Positions 26,613-40,479 of a stretch of 64,000 nucleotides of DNA are shown piece by piece; within the stretch, counting starts at the first letter, position 1; each line of letters begins with the position of its first letter. This DNA is from Octopus sinensis (lineage: Eukaryota): positions 20,224,464 through 20,288,463 of the forward strand of contig NC_043011.1 of NCBI RefSeq assembly GCF_006345805.1. The letters run 5' to 3'. Both the position numbers and the translations under genes were made by a program. The notes beneath the pieces were generated by a model. That model ran no database searches. It worked only from the letters and a program-made list of their open reading frames with translations, and was not told the origin of the DNA.

Positions 26613-27249
26613 ACATATATATACACATACATATTCATACATACATATATATATATATATTATATATATAATATATATATATATATATGAGAAAGAGGGA
26701 CAGAGAGAAAAAAAGATGCCCAGATAGATAATATATACATATATGTATGTGAATTTATACGCACAAAATTTATATACGTATATATGCATATATGTATACC
26801 TATATGAAATATTATATATATAGCCGCTTCATTCATATCTCTGAAAGGAATATTACCTCATATTACTCTCAGTATTCTTTATGTTGTGTAAGAACTTTTA
26901 GTGTAGATGAATGATTTTTTGAAGTTTTCTCATATGTCGTTATGAAAGTAAATCCATCGCCTGTCAATCGATAGGTTGTTGGCCAACCTATACAAAATGA
27001 AGTTTATACTGTTTATATATTTTGTCGTTACTACTAAAAATCGTTCTGCTATCACTAGTCCAGGGAACTTAGTTTGAAATAAGTATCATGGGTGATGAAA
27101 TTGACCATTGTTAGTAACAAGAACAACGGACCTCCGTCAGTTTCGATGATGGTTCTTTATTTTTGATCAACCATACTACAATGTTCATTGAATTAGCATG
27201 TATGTTGCAAGACAGACTTAGACACTACTACTTACTTGTACTTGTGGCG

Positions 27250-27600
27250 GGTTGAGTCGGCTTCTTCTACCATGGAAGACGTTTCGTGGGAATATGAGGA
27301 TTTCACAAGCGGTCCCCAGCAATCCCGCATGTAGAAACATCCTGTTTGCCGCAGATTGTCCGCAGACGCAGGGACAGAACGACCGAGGAGCCGCCGGTTG
27401 CCGAAACAGACACTCCGAGGATTTTCACCAGGATTTTTGTCTGCCGAGTTGTGGCCCTAATACCACTCGGTGTCAGACCAATCCACCTTGGGTGGCCCTA
27501 CCAGGAACCGAAGTTCCCGACGGCATAGCTCTGACACTACCCGTTGACAGCATCCCCACCACGGTGAGGAGGGGGGTGGACTTTGGGGACGCTAGACTTA
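27250..27600 (+). mobile_element. GC-rich insert resembling the 5' UTR of an RTE-clade LINE
   Basis: gggtggccctaccaggaaccgaagttcccgacggcatagctct...ccaccacggtgagg resembles RTE/Expander 5' UTR sequence (from memory). No ORF follows. Confidence 0.45.
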
Positions 27601-27873
27601 GAGACGTGTTTATTTAACGTCTATCTAGAGTAACAACTTTGAGTAAAATTTCTTTTTCCTTCCATTTTTGGGCTGTGCACAAATGCAGTTCACACTTTCT
27701 TCCTATTTCACAAACACACTCACAAACAACACTTGTATCATACTTAGGAGTGACTACCACACTGGATAATACAGTCTTGGATACATTATTTGGATGACCT
27801 TCTTGGTGGGTCTTTAAACATATATCTGCTTAATATTATTGGTGACTTAAACAGCAGCGACAACTATAACATT

Positions 27874-27926
<53 letters not shown>

Positions 27927-27949
27927 CATACATACACACACACACACAC

Positions 27950-27996
<47 letters not shown>

Positions 27997-28000
27997 TATA

Positions 28001-28430
28001 TAGGCGTAGGAGTGGCTGTGTTGTCAGTAGCTTGCTTACGAACCACATGGTTCCGGGTTCAGTCCCACTGCGTGGCACCTTGGGCACGTGTCTTCTACTA
28101 TAGCCTCATAGCCTCGGGCCGACCAAAGTTTTGTGAGTGGATTTGGCAGACGGAAACTGAAAGTAGCCCGTCGTACATATGTGTATATATATATATATGT
28201 GCGTGTGTATATGTTTGTGTGTCTGTGTTTTCCCTCCCACCATCGCTTGACAACCGATGTTAGTGTGTTTACATCCCTGTAACTTAGCAGTTCGGCAAAT
28301 GAGAGCAGTAGAATTAGAACTAAGCTTTCAAAGAATAAGTCCTGGGGTCTCTTTGCTCGACTAAAGGCGGTGCTCCAGCACGGTCACAGTCAAATGACTG
28401 AAACAAGTAAAAGAGTAAAATGAGTAAGAG
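28001..28430 (+). mobile_element. SINE family S1
   Basis: Full copy from taggcgtaggagtggct to gagtaaaa tail. Confidence 0.9.
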
Positions 28431-29775
28431 TATATATACACATAAATATACATGCATGCACACATACACACATACGTATTACACTACACGACATTATACA
28501 CATACAGACACATTTACGTCTGTGTATGTGAGTTTGTGTGTGTATATATGTATGTATGGATGGATAGATAGATAGAGAGAGAGAGAGAGAGGTACGAACC
28601 ACTGAAGCAACTGGTATGTGGCCAGCAGATCTGTTAACTATAGCAGCTAAACTGCTTGCTGTCTTCAAAAAGGAAGAGCAAATCAGAAAACATACTTCTA
28701 ATCCCTATCGTCGAAAAAGTTTCGAGTGGTCGACTGTCTTTCATCATTAACCATCTCGAACGTCGTTGACCTGAGGTTAAACAATAACAAAACAAACAAC
28801 ATGAATTATACTTGTTTACTACTTAACGCAAGACAATTAGTCTGGTGTTCCATCATTTCAGTGAAGTCCTCCATCTAACTACAATACAAATATTATTATG
28901 ATTCCAAAATTAGATTATTGGTTTACATGACAAGACAAGAGACATTTGTAATGTAATTAATTAAGAGGTCTGGCATTGATTATTATCTACAGATACGTGG
29001 AATAAATTGAACTAAGAAAAGTATTCTTTATGTAGAGATTAGATCGAAAATTAAGCTAAATTGAACAAACTATTCTGAAAGACGATTATTCTGAGAAAGT
29101 AAATGAGTCTTCATTACATATATGTCTATGTATGTATATAGATCGATTGACAGATTAGATATAAATATGATTAGATATAGACACGTTCACATAATCATAA
29201 ATACATACATACATACGTATATGGCGTGTGTGTTTGTGTGTGTGAAAGAGATGGAGAGAGAGCGTGTGTGTGTTATGCTTATATGTATTGTATATATATA
29301 TGTGTGTGTGTGTGCGTGTGTGTGTGTGATTATGTATATATATATATTGTATGTATACATGTATGTGTGTCATCATGTATATATCTATTGTATTTATACA
29401 TGTATGTGAGTGATTATGTATATATCTATTGTATGTATACATCTATGTACGTGATTATGAAATTATGTATATATGTATTGTATTTATAGATGTATGTGTG
29501 TGATCATGTATATATCTATTGTATGTATACATATACGTATGCTTATACTCTGAGTAAGAGATTAGTTATAATCTATATATTCCTTATAATAATTATCCCT
29601 ACGCCATTGACTTATGACCACACTACAATCATATCCGTATTCCGTACACTCCCATTGGTCTTCTGAGATATGTGCGTGTAGTAGTAGTAGTAGTAGTAGT
29701 AGCAGTAGCAGTAGTAGTAGTAGTAGTAGTAGTAGTGGAGATCTGGTAGAAACTTTTAGACGCCAGGGACAAAAT

Positions 29776-30608
29776 GCTTACATCATTCAAATTAAAATGC
29801 CCGTCGAGAGCATTCAAATTAATCGGAATACGAGGGGGCGTCTTTTCACGCATTCAAATCCACACAGCGAACATTCGAGTTTGGAATGAGTTTATTCAAT
29901 TCAGCACTAATTTTACATGTGCGTTTTTATTCACATTCTTAAGAAGGGAATGTTAAAAATGACAAATTTAAAAGACGTGTTTTGTCATGCAAACTTTATT
30001 ATAATGTTATAACTACAAGGAAGAAATAAATTACGTGGTTCCTTTGTCCACAAAGTCTTTTACATTGCAACATTCGTAACCGGTCGGTATCAGTTGCATT
30101 TTATATCCCATCCTCTAACACCAACTTGTAATCATGGTGCGACGCGTAAGGTACAGGCGTATATTGGATGAAGACAGGGCAAGGCTGGTTTATGCCTTCA
30201 AGTGGCATCAAACTGATTACCTGCAACTGGCAGACACACTTGGCATTAAAAGGAGTACCACCCGATCCATAGTAGCGACCTACCCACGGTCTGGGAGGCA
30301 TCACAATTTGCCCAGAGGAGGTTAAGGTTGATGAAGAAATGTGAGCCAGTCTTCGGGTAATTATTAATGCCATCCCACTCGAAACCATTCAAGAGATGAA
30401 GAGGGACTTAGAGGCATCATTGCCCGGAAAGCCGTCTGTTTCCGTACCTGCAATCTCACGGGCTGTAGTGTGGATGTTGATAAAATAAATGCCCGTCGAA
30501 ATGATTCCCTGCATTTCGACGGGCATTTTATCGAATGATGTAAATGCTAAATTCTTTGACCGAAGTGCGAAATTGAATGATCGAAAAGCGAATTTGAATG
30601 GCATATAA
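29776..30608 (+). mobile_element. Internally deleted IS630/Tc1/mariner element with N-terminal HTH transposase fragment
   Basis: ORF 30134-30325 MVRRVRYRRILDEDRARLVYAF..DYLQLADTLGIKRSTTRSIVATY...LPRGG, continuing VKVDEEM*..PSVSVPAISRA. The ttacatcatt...aaaatgcccgtcga motif at ~29780-29810 is inverted at ~30518-30545; the right end finishes in TA. Confidence 0.75.
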
Positions 30609-30745
30609 ATTGTATCCTGTTAGTTTTATCAACAATCCTATTAAAGGTAAAGAAACTGCTGGGATAGAAATCGAAAAGGGAACATACATGGTCTCTTGAG
30701 GATATAATCTTCATTTTTCCTACTTTCATAGTACATTCCTTACCT

Positions 30746-30975
30746 ATTTCTTTACTACCCACAAGGGGCTACACACAGAGGGGACAAACAAGCACAGACA
30801 AACTGATTAAGTCGATTACATCGACCCCAGTGCGTAACTGGTACTTATTTAATCGACCCCGAAAGGATGAAAGGCAAAGTCAACCTCGGCGGAATTTGAA
30901 CTCAGAACGTAGCGGCAGACGAAGTACTGCTAAGCATTTTCCCCGGCGTGCTAACGTTTCTGCCAGCTCACCGCC
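30746..30975 (-). mobile_element. SINE family S2
   Basis: Near-identical to the other S2 copies. Confidence 0.9.
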
Positions 30976-31123
30976 TAATAATATAATAATATCAGACTGT
31001 TATGGAGTTGCATGAATATTTCAAATACTAATCAATGACGAATACTGTATTTTCCTTACTACATAATTAGCCACTTTATGTTTTAATCTTCTCTGCATTA
31101 TTCTGTTTACGTTAGCTTAACAA

Positions 31124-31820
31124 GGCAGCGAGCTGGCAAAATCATTAACATGCTCAACGGTATTTCGTCTTTAGACCCTGAATTCAAATTGCGCCGAGAC
31201 AGACATTGCCTTTCATCCTTTCATGGTCAATAAAAAAAGAGGGGTCGATGTAATTGATATTTCCCCTCCCCCAAAATTACTGGCTTGGTGCCAAAATTTG
31301 AAATCAATATTAAGCTTTGAAACAAGCGGAGAGCTGGCTGAGTCGTTAGCACGCCAGGCAAAATGCCTACCGGTATTTCGGCTATCACCATGCTCTGAGT
31401 TCTAATTCCGTCGAGGTCAACTTTGCCTTTCATTCTTTCGAGCTCAATGAAATAAATATCAGTTGAGCATTGAGGTCGATGTAATCGTCTTAATCCCTCC
31501 ACGCGAAATTTCTGGTTTTGTGCCTAAATTTGAAATCAATATTAGCTTTGAAAAGATGGTGCGCTAGTAGAGTCGTTAGTATACAGGGTAAAATGTTTAA
31601 CGGAAGAAATTCCGTTCAACATTTTACCCAAATACTAACGACGTGTGCACGTTGAACAAATGTACTTAACGGCATTTCTTTCGCTTCTTTACATTCATTA
31701 GTTCAAAAACTACCTTTCATCCTTTGAAGGTTGATAAAATAAGTACCAGTTGTCCACTGAGGTTGTTGTAATTGACTTATTCCCTACCTTCAAAACTGCT
31801 ATCGTTCTGTCAAAATTGGA
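31124..31820 (+). mobile_element. Three successive older S2-related SINE copies
   Basis: Repeated gagctgg...gttagca...ctgagttc.aatt...ctttcatcct...gtcgat units starting near 31124, 31326 and 31555. Confidence 0.65.
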
Positions 31821-32503
31821 GAGAACTATTAGCTTAACAATTGCTTTCATGCAGATAGTGTATACGAGTAATTTTTCTAAATAATTTATTCTCTAAACAT
31901 TCGACTTTTGTACACCTCTAAGTATGTAATAATGTATTTCTATTGTTTCTATATATTTCTAGAATACTGTATATCTGAAGATACCTCTCATACTTGCCAG
32001 AATAAGTGGTAGCTCTGGGCAATCTGTGCTTTATACATTTTATCATTTCTATTTTGCTGCATATATTTATTAATCTTTATAACATTGGCTAATTATGTTA
32101 AAGATTGTGTTTTCTTCTTTTCTATAGTTTGAACTTATTTAAAACGTAACACATGTACCTGGTTCATAAACATTAACATTTCGACAATGTCTCAGCAATT
32201 GATATATTGCTAAAGCATCTTAAAACGAAAGCTTCAGCTGTGTGACAAGCAGGATAATGTTTTATCAGCGGGCATGACTGTGTGGCTAACAAGCTCGCTT
32301 TGCAAGCGTGTCGTTTTAGGTTCAGTTCCCTTGCGCGCCACCTTGAGCAAGTGTCTTCTGCTATACCCTCCGGCAGGTCAATGCCTTGTGAGTGGATTTA
32401 GTCTTCATTATTTCCGATCCATTTTTATTTATTGATAATAACATTTTGTTATTGTCATACTGATAATAACTTTCTCTCTTTCTCTCTCTCTCTCTCACAC
32501 ACA

Positions 32504-32585
<82 letters not shown>

Positions 32586-32594
32586 ATATATATA

Positions 32595-32753
32595 TAAATT
32601 AAAAATGATTAGAAGATCGGAAATCCACCTGACGAATGTCATTTGAAGACATGAAACGATTGTAGTGGTGGTTTATTTATCTTATATTAAAATTTTTATG
32701 TATTGATTAAGTCTTTCCTTGTTTGCTTTGCAAAATAGTGGTTTTGTCTCGAA

Positions 32754-32760
<7 letters not shown>
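32595..32760 (+). mobile_element. Hammerhead-bearing short element, family E
   Basis: Lies between (CT)n/(TA)n and (TA)n tracts and contains the HHR at 32625-32668. Its 3' ~70 bp is the arm of the palindrome at 42344-42499. Confidence 0.7.
32625..32668 (+). ncRNA. Type I hammerhead ribozyme with fully canonical core
   Basis: CCAC-CUGACGA-AUGUC-AUUUGAA-GACAU-GAAAC-GAUU-GUA-GUGG: stems I (4 bp), II (5 bp) and III all pair; GUA cleavage triplet. Confidence 0.8.
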
Positions 32761-32794
<34 letters not shown>

Positions 32795-32807
32795 ACTCAA
32801 TCTCTTC

Positions 32808-32842
<35 letters not shown>

Positions 32843-33106
32843 ACGATTATGTTGCACCGTGAGAAGAATTGTAGATCAATCAAAGCTGCTCTTTCTCCAG
32901 AAATGGAGTCGGGTCGATCGAGAAACCAGTAACTTTTTCATATAGAAATGATATCCTATTGGAAATATCAAAGGATGGTCGAATGTGTTGTTTCGAGCGA
33001 TAATGATTTAAAAAAAAAAAACACTAGAATTTTAGTAGTCAATTTCTAATGTCGGTAAGGTTTCGGTTTCAATGTCTCAGATTTTTATATTACTCGTTTT
33101 CTCGAA

Positions 33107-33320
33107 GGCAGCGAGCTGGCACAGTTGTTAAGACGCCGGCGAAAATGTTTCTCAATATTTCGTCCGTCTTCATGTTCTAAGTACAAATTTCACCGGCGCA
33201 TTTTGCCTGTGACGCTTTCGGGGTCGATAAAATAAGTTCCAGTTAAACACTGGGGGTCGATGTACTCGACTAACCCACTCACCCAAAATTGCTGATCTCG
33301 TGCTCAAAATTTGAAATCCA
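33107..33320 (+). mobile_element. Older S2-related SINE
   Basis: ggcagcgagctggca...tttcggggtcgataaaataagttccag. Confidence 0.65.
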
Positions 33321-35774
33321 TTTCACTCATTATCCCTACTTTTATCATTTTTAAATAAATCTTACTTTTTTGTGTTGAAATTTTTTGCTGGAACTCGACT
33401 TTATATGGCCAAAGATACTCCTACAATGACCATCCCACATTTTCTATGAGTCTCGTACTACAATTCATAATGTGCCCCTTTCTATTTTAAGATAGTAGGA
33501 TTTAATCTGGATAAATAATGGCAGATTTTTCTAACAGGCCGAGCGACTCACCTTATTAAATGAAGCAAAATTTTAAATAATTTTCTTTCATCAAGCTTTC
33601 AGCATCGTGCAGGCTTATTTCTCATGATGTCTATCGTTTATACATCTTTTTCTTCCGTGAAGGTATATAAAGCCAAAATTAATAAAGTCAATGAAACCAT
33701 GACATCACAATTTTGTTATGAATGTGTAAGTTGTGTAAATTGTAACAAACCAAAACCGACTTCCACTAAACCAGATTGTATGTCTGTGTGAAATTACCCA
33801 AGTACAAGATAGCGTCGAACTGATTAGATAATTACGTTACATACCGTGGACATAAATTAAATTATCCAGTAATATAAATATACTGGCACCCATTCGCTGC
33901 GACTAGCAAACGGATCTATATTGAGTAAGTGTAAATCAAATTATAATTTCATCTCTAAATATATTGTCGCCAGATAAATGTCATCAGGAGATACGACAAT
34001 CTTCGTTTATTATTATTGAATGGGCGAGGCTATTTAACGATCGTCATTATTTCTTCAAGAAATGATTGAACGTCTGCATTAATTTCTTCTTCCATCTACC
34101 TCCACACAGTTCCTTTTTTACAGTTATCATTAATTATGGCATTAATTGCCAGTGTTGGAAACCATTAATTACTTGAGATACTGCAGATAATTAACATCCA
34201 ATATTTTGGCTCAGTTCTTATTGAACCACGAAATTGATTTCGTTATTCCTGACGCTCGTACTGTATTTCACGTATCACTAATTTACTAATATAGAAACCT
34301 GTCAAGCTTAAGGTTACTTCAGTATAAGCCAATCGTTTATAGATAAATGGCTGTACTCATGTGAACTGATCTCAGTACTACGCAGCAATATATTTATATT
34401 GTTTCCATTTACGATATCACATGGAAGAATGATATAACACCGTCGGCCTCTATGGAATATGAGCTAAACAAAGCGTTGCGATACGAACCTAATTACTCGT
34501 TGCAATGTATTTACTACAGCAATCCTTCTTTCTCTGAAAATACATAATCTTTAATAAGGCCAATATTATCGACAAGGATAGTACGGCGGGTTAGCAGAAT
34601 CGTTAAATCAGTTGACAAACAATACCGAAATTATTTTTACCTTTCAATATTTCTGGGTCGATAAAATAAATACCAATCAAATATGGGGAGGATTATATTA
34701 CATTCTTCAAACGAAGGATGTTCTTGTTTCTACGTCATAAATTATTGTTATCGATCATAAACATAAATTAGTGCTTTGTTGCGAATGGTTAAATGGCAAA
34801 TCAAACACTTTACAGAGGTTAGCTTCGTCTACCTGTATTCTGAGTTCAAACTACAGCAGAATTTCAAATTATCTTTTAAGAGTCAGTAAAAGAGGTAATT
34901 ACAATGTTCTAATGTTGATTTCGTCAACCATAACCTCACTTAATAGATCTGTAGCCTTGTACTAAAATATAATGCATGCTTAGTATCACAACAGCTCTTC
35001 ACGTTCTGAGTTAAAATTCCACTGAGGTCAACTTTGGGTCTAACGTATCTAGGGTAGATAAAATTTAGTACCAGTCAAATACTGAATCTGATTTAGAGTG
35101 CCAATCAATGATAAACTACAACGGGGTAACATAATACAGTAGCGCCCAATTTTCCGCTCAGCGATGGTGCAGTAACGTACCAGTTGGAATACACTGGTGT
35201 TACATCAATACTACCTATTTGCAACACGTTATATTACAGCAAGAACAACGCAAACACTAAATACAAACACACATACACACTCACTCTATCATTCTCATAC
35301 ATCATATCATTCTCTTAAAAGCAGAACTCATAAAAAAAGAATAATGCAAAAGAAACAAATCTATCTAGTATCACGAAATTATCCTACAGAGAGGTTTTTG
35401 CGGAACATCACTTCCGGATTGCTGCCATATATGATACTAATATATCACCAAAAAATATTACTCAAACCACAACAAACTATAATATGTGATTAACAGACAT
35501 ATATTCAGTGAACGTGTCGTTGGATATGCGATTTTTCTTTAAAATCTATAACATTACACATATTGTTAAGCAATTTGGAAGCTAACTGCAGATTATATAA
35601 GAATACCTTGGTAACCCTCTATAGCAAAACTTAAATGACGTTGCATATTTGCAACAAAGTAGTAATGTCATAAAAGCGAAGATAATTATCTTTCTTAACG
35701 ACAATCAATTCTACCGCCCACACTACATTATACATGTCTGTACCTGTGTTATACACACACATACACACCAGTCG

Positions 35775-35958
35775 CCATGATAGATCGTTAGCCACTACAC
35801 ACATTTTTTCTCTCCTTGTTTTTTCTGTGTCCCTTTCTGTAGAAGAGCGTAGGCTCGAACATAAAAGACTTTTTCTATTCCTGAGCGTTATACTTATACA
35901 TCTGTTTGTTTTGTACACCACCTGTCTTCGTCTTTTGTTTTTTCGTAAACTCTCCCTA
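35775..35958 (+). mobile_element. Hammerhead-bearing element family A, copy 4
   Basis: ctttCTGTAGAAGAGCGTAGGCTCGAACATAAAAG (GAAAC damaged); ends ctctccc followed by (TA)n. Confidence 0.75.
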
Positions 35959-36087
35959 TATATATATATATAGGGATGAGAAACCAAAAAGTTTCGAAAA
36001 GCAATTAGGGTTATTCATCATTGTTTTTCAGTCTGCGGAAAAAAAATGGCTAAAATTAACCCTGTTTATAATTATACCACATGTTAC

Positions 36088-36147
<60 letters not shown>

Positions 36148-36150
<3 letters not shown>

Positions 36151-36312
36151 CTCTCCTTTTTTCTCTCCTTGTTTATTCTGTGTCTCTTTCTGTAGGAAAG
36201 CGTAGGCTCGAAACGTAAAGAACTTTTTCTTTTCCTGAGCGTTATACTAATACATCTGTTTGTTTTGTACACCACCTGTCTTCGTCTTTTGTTTTTTTCG
36301 TAAACTCTCCCT
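36148..36312 (+). mobile_element. Hammerhead-bearing element family A, copy 5
   Basis: ctttCTGTAGGAAAGCGTAGGCTCGAAACGTAAAG; flanked by (TA)n on both sides. Confidence 0.75.
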
Positions 36313-37012
36313 GTATATATATATATATATATATATATATTCCTGTGAATATAAAATAATATTGAAATTGTTAAGCTAAGTAACTTTATTTGGGAACTTA
36401 AATGCTTCCTTGATGTTACTATAGCTTCGGCAAGTTTATTTAATATCTTAACCTAAGTAAAAGAGGTGATGTATTTATGCCTTGCAGGTTCTATCTTACT
36501 GATGAGTACCATACTGTTAATGTAACAACCTCCACGTGACTAAATGATGTCATATTTCAAGCGTATTCTCAAACATTCCTTATCCACTTCGATAAACTTG
36601 AAATGAAATCTAGAATTATCTTGCTAAAGGCAGACAAATAAATTGAATCGTGGCGTAAGAGTAAGTAGTATTCTTGAAGACCAATAAATGTTAGTTGTTA
36701 TGTAATATGAGCTACAGAATGCCGAACATACAACCTATTTTTCCATCCGGTCAAATTATAAACCTACGTCTATCAAAAAATCAAAAATCTTTAAAAAGCT
36801 TTTGCAAATTGAAATACTAGATTTTAATATTGGAATACACACACACACCAACATACACATAGACACACACACACACACCAACATACACATAGACACACAT
36901 ACACACACAAACATACACACACATGCGCGCGCGCACACACACACGCCCACCAACATACACACACATACACATGCACGCGCGCACGCACACACAATAAACA
37001 CATACACTTAGT

Positions 37013-37047
<35 letters not shown>

Positions 37048-38059
37048 GGAGAGAGAGAGAGAGAGAGAAAGATGTACATATACATAAATACATATACATT
37101 TGCACATATATGTGTGTGTGTGTTATACATACGTACACTCATGCATACATACGTATACTCATGCATACATACATACATACACTCATGCATACATACATAT
37201 ATACATACATACACTCATGCATACATACATATATACATACATACAATGCTAAATCGTGTTTTTTATAATTTTGTTTACATCTAAATGCCAGCAAAAATCC
37301 AATCTTACTTCTACATTGAAATAACTGTACTTTTTGACTGATTTAACTGTTTTTTTGTTATTTTTTTTTCCTTTATCTAGATTCTATATCGAAAAATAGA
37401 TTCGCATATGCAAGGTCTATTTTGTTTTGTTTTGCAATATTTTTTTTTTTTTTTGTCTTTTTAATCCAATATTTCAATATTTCAACTGCAACGTTACATA
37501 ATCGTCTTCGGATGTCAATGTTTTCGATTTTATGTAGGCTATTCAGGATAATATAACATTACTCTGGTTACCGATTAAAATTACATTCAATATGTCAATA
37601 CATTTAATCCCCATCTGTGTATATTGTATGTGAGTCTCATATCACAACAGAACGTAATTTTCCTCTTGAAATAAAGTATCTAGAAAATTCTGGATTTGGA
37701 AGCACACTATCCAAGTAATTCCCACGCGTTAAATACTATGTGAATCATGTTATTATAGTAATAGTTCTCTGTAACCACAGAAAGCTAACGAAGTAGTCGG
37801 CTGTCATACTGTGTTTTTGCAGCTAATGCAAATATTTGAGAGAGTAACACACCATTCAACCGGTCTTCTACTTGACTAGTTCTTGTTTGCATAACACTAG
37901 AAGAAATAGCAAATTCGAACTTGATGTTAGGTGAACACAGAACCTAACAAACTGTTTAAAATATATAATTCTTAAATAAGCATAAAAACTGTACAACGCG
38001 CCATCACTCGAAAGTAAATATAATTTGGTAGCAAAGACGATGCTTTCGTTAACTATAGT

Positions 38060-38410
38060 ATTCGGCTCACGATCGCATAGTCGTGAGTTCAATTGACAGC
38101 GGCGTGTTGTCACTTTATACTAGACACTTTATTTCACGTTTATTTCAGGTTTATTTCAACCTGGAGATTAATTACAATTGAGCAAGACACTTTATTTCAC
38201 GTTGCTCCAGCCCACTAAGCTGGCAAAAATGTGTAGTACCTGTATTTCAAAGGGTCATCCTTGTCACATCGTGTCGCGCTGAATCTTCATGAGAACTACG
38301 TTAAGGGCACGCATGTCTGTGGAGTATTCAGCCACTTGCATGTTAATTTCACGAGCAGGCTGTTCCACTGGCGAGATCAGCTGGAACTCTCGTCATCGTA
38401 ACTGACAGAA
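38060..38410 (+). mobile_element. Decayed tRNA/CORE-type SINE (S4-related)
   Basis: Shares agacactttatttcacgttgctccag with 39061-39490. Confidence 0.55.
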
Positions 38411-39060
38411 TGCTATTTAGATGTCTATGTAATCAGGTGCATATATAGACATCATCTTGCTACATCTCCTCATCTGTGACCCTGCAGAACATTCAATACG
38501 TGGGATCCAGAAAGTGAGAGGTGTACAAATATCCACTTGGCGCTTATTTCAGTTGAGGAGATGGAACAACCTTAAACGAGGTTCCTTGCTCAAAGTTACA
38601 ACGCGCCAGCCGACCCAGAAATTGAACCAATGACCGTACGATCATGAGCCTAACTACATTTACGCCAGGCAAATCGACTCCTAGATCAAAGCTAAATCCG
38701 ACATCAGTGGGAGTTCTACTAGAGACGTAAAGACACAGAACTTAATCTCGCACTGTTACACTGATTCTGCCATCCTAATCCACCGTAATTATATAAAAAT
38801 TGTGTTAAATTATATTTAAAATATTACTTTCAAATTTTAGCACAAGACCAGATATATGGGGGGAGGATGCTAGTATAGACTTCAGTACACGACTATTTCT
38901 TATACTTTTCCAAACCTGCGAAGTTAAACGGTAGAATTGATGACAATAGGATTTTAACTCAGAACGTTAAAGGCTTTTTACAAAATAGATGTTCATATAT
39001 TTAGATGAAGATGGCAAACCGGCAGAATCACAAAACAACAATAATAACATTAGAATTAAC

Positions 39061-39490
39061 AATGCTGAGACCCCCTTCGGTCATGAATGACCATGGGATT
39101 ATACCTAGAAAGTTACCCTCCCAGGCACAAGTCCGGGAACATTAGAATCAACAATGCTGAGACCCCCTTCGGGCATGAATGACCATAGGATTGCACCCAG
39201 AAAGTTACCCTCCCAGGCACAAGTCCAGGCAAGGTTGTTTATGGAAGACCCGCAGTCGCCCATCCATACCGGCCTCCCCTCTGCACGCCACCAGTGTTAT
39301 CCAAGGGAAAGGCAAAGGCTGATACAGCTTGGCACCTGTGATGTCGCAGATCATTTCTACAGCTGAGTGAACTGGAGCAACGTGAAATAAAGTGTCTTGT
39401 TGAAGAACACAACATGCAGCCCGGTCCGGGATTCGAACTCACAACCTCACAATCGGTAAGCTCGACGCTCTAACCACTGAGCCATGCACC
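39061..39490 (-). mobile_element. tRNA-derived CORE-type SINE family S4 with duplicated 3' tail
   Basis: Minus head ggctcagtggttagagcgtcgagc...gagttcgaatcccggacc. The tail gctgagacccccttcgg...aagtcc is present twice (from 39061 and 39154). Confidence 0.75.
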
Positions 39491-39699
39491 GTCACAGAAT
39501 CAACAATAATGGTAATAGAAATGATAATGCTTGTTTACTGACAGGGTGGAGTCGTCTCTTGCTTTTGTTTGTTTTGTTTGTTTGTTTTCTTTTCTTCTTT
39601 TTTTCTTTTTGAGGGAGTGATTTTTCATAATTTTTCTGTGCGGGTATGCCTTGTGACAATCGTTCCGACAGCATTCCGGGTTCGATAAAGTGAGCTCAA

Positions 39700-39761
39700 T
39701 TCTCTCTCACACTCTCACCCTCCCATTCTCTCTCACCGTCACTCACACACACACACACACA

Positions 39762-39800
<39 letters not shown>

Positions 39801-40330
39801 TTTCTCTCCTCCTTCCTGTTTGTCTCTCTCGCTCTCTCTTTCCCTCGCTTGCTCACTTTCTCTCTCACTCTGTTTCTATCTCTCTCGCTCTTTGTTTTTC
39901 TCAAATTCTCTTTCGATCATTCCCTTTCTCCCGCTTATCTCTCTCTCTCTTTTCCTCTCCCTCTCTTCTTTCTATCTCTGCCTCTCTCACTCCACGTTCT
40001 TTCTCTCACTCCTCTCTCTCTCTCTCTCTCTCTCTTACTTTCTCTCCTCCTTCCTGTTTGTCTCTCTCGCTCTCTCTTTCCCTCGCTTGCTCACTTTCTC
40101 TCTCACTCTGTTTCTATCTCTCTCGCTCTTTGTTTTTCTCAAATTCTCTTTCGATCATTCCCTTTCTCCCGCTTATCTCTCTCTCTCTTTTTCCTCTCCC
40201 TCTCTTTCTTTCTATCTCTGCCTCTCTCACTCCACGTTCTTTCTCTCACTCCTCTCTCTCTTTCTCTCTTTATATCTCACCCTTTCCCTTTCTCTTTCTG
40301 TCTCACTCTCTCCCCCTTTCTCTGTTTATG
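39700..40330. repeat. Polypyrimidine (CT-rich) tract containing a 238-bp tandem duplication
   Basis: The same mosaic sequence recurs with period 238 (identical pseudo-ORF starts at 39820 and 40058). Confidence 0.85.
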
Positions 40331-40479
40331 TACATTTATCCCTCGGTCATACCAATACTTCTGAGATCCAGCCTTGCCAGATTGTATCCAACTGATTTGG
40401 TATGGAAATTAGAGACCATTGCATGTGTCCATACACGTTGATTTCACGAGAAGGAATTCATTTGATCGATCAACTAACT

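Noticed and set aside
35970-36010. GAUGA-GAAAC/GUUUC-GAAA hammerhead-like half
   Set aside because: The CU of the core and stem I are missing, replaced by (TA)n-ggga; cannot be supported.
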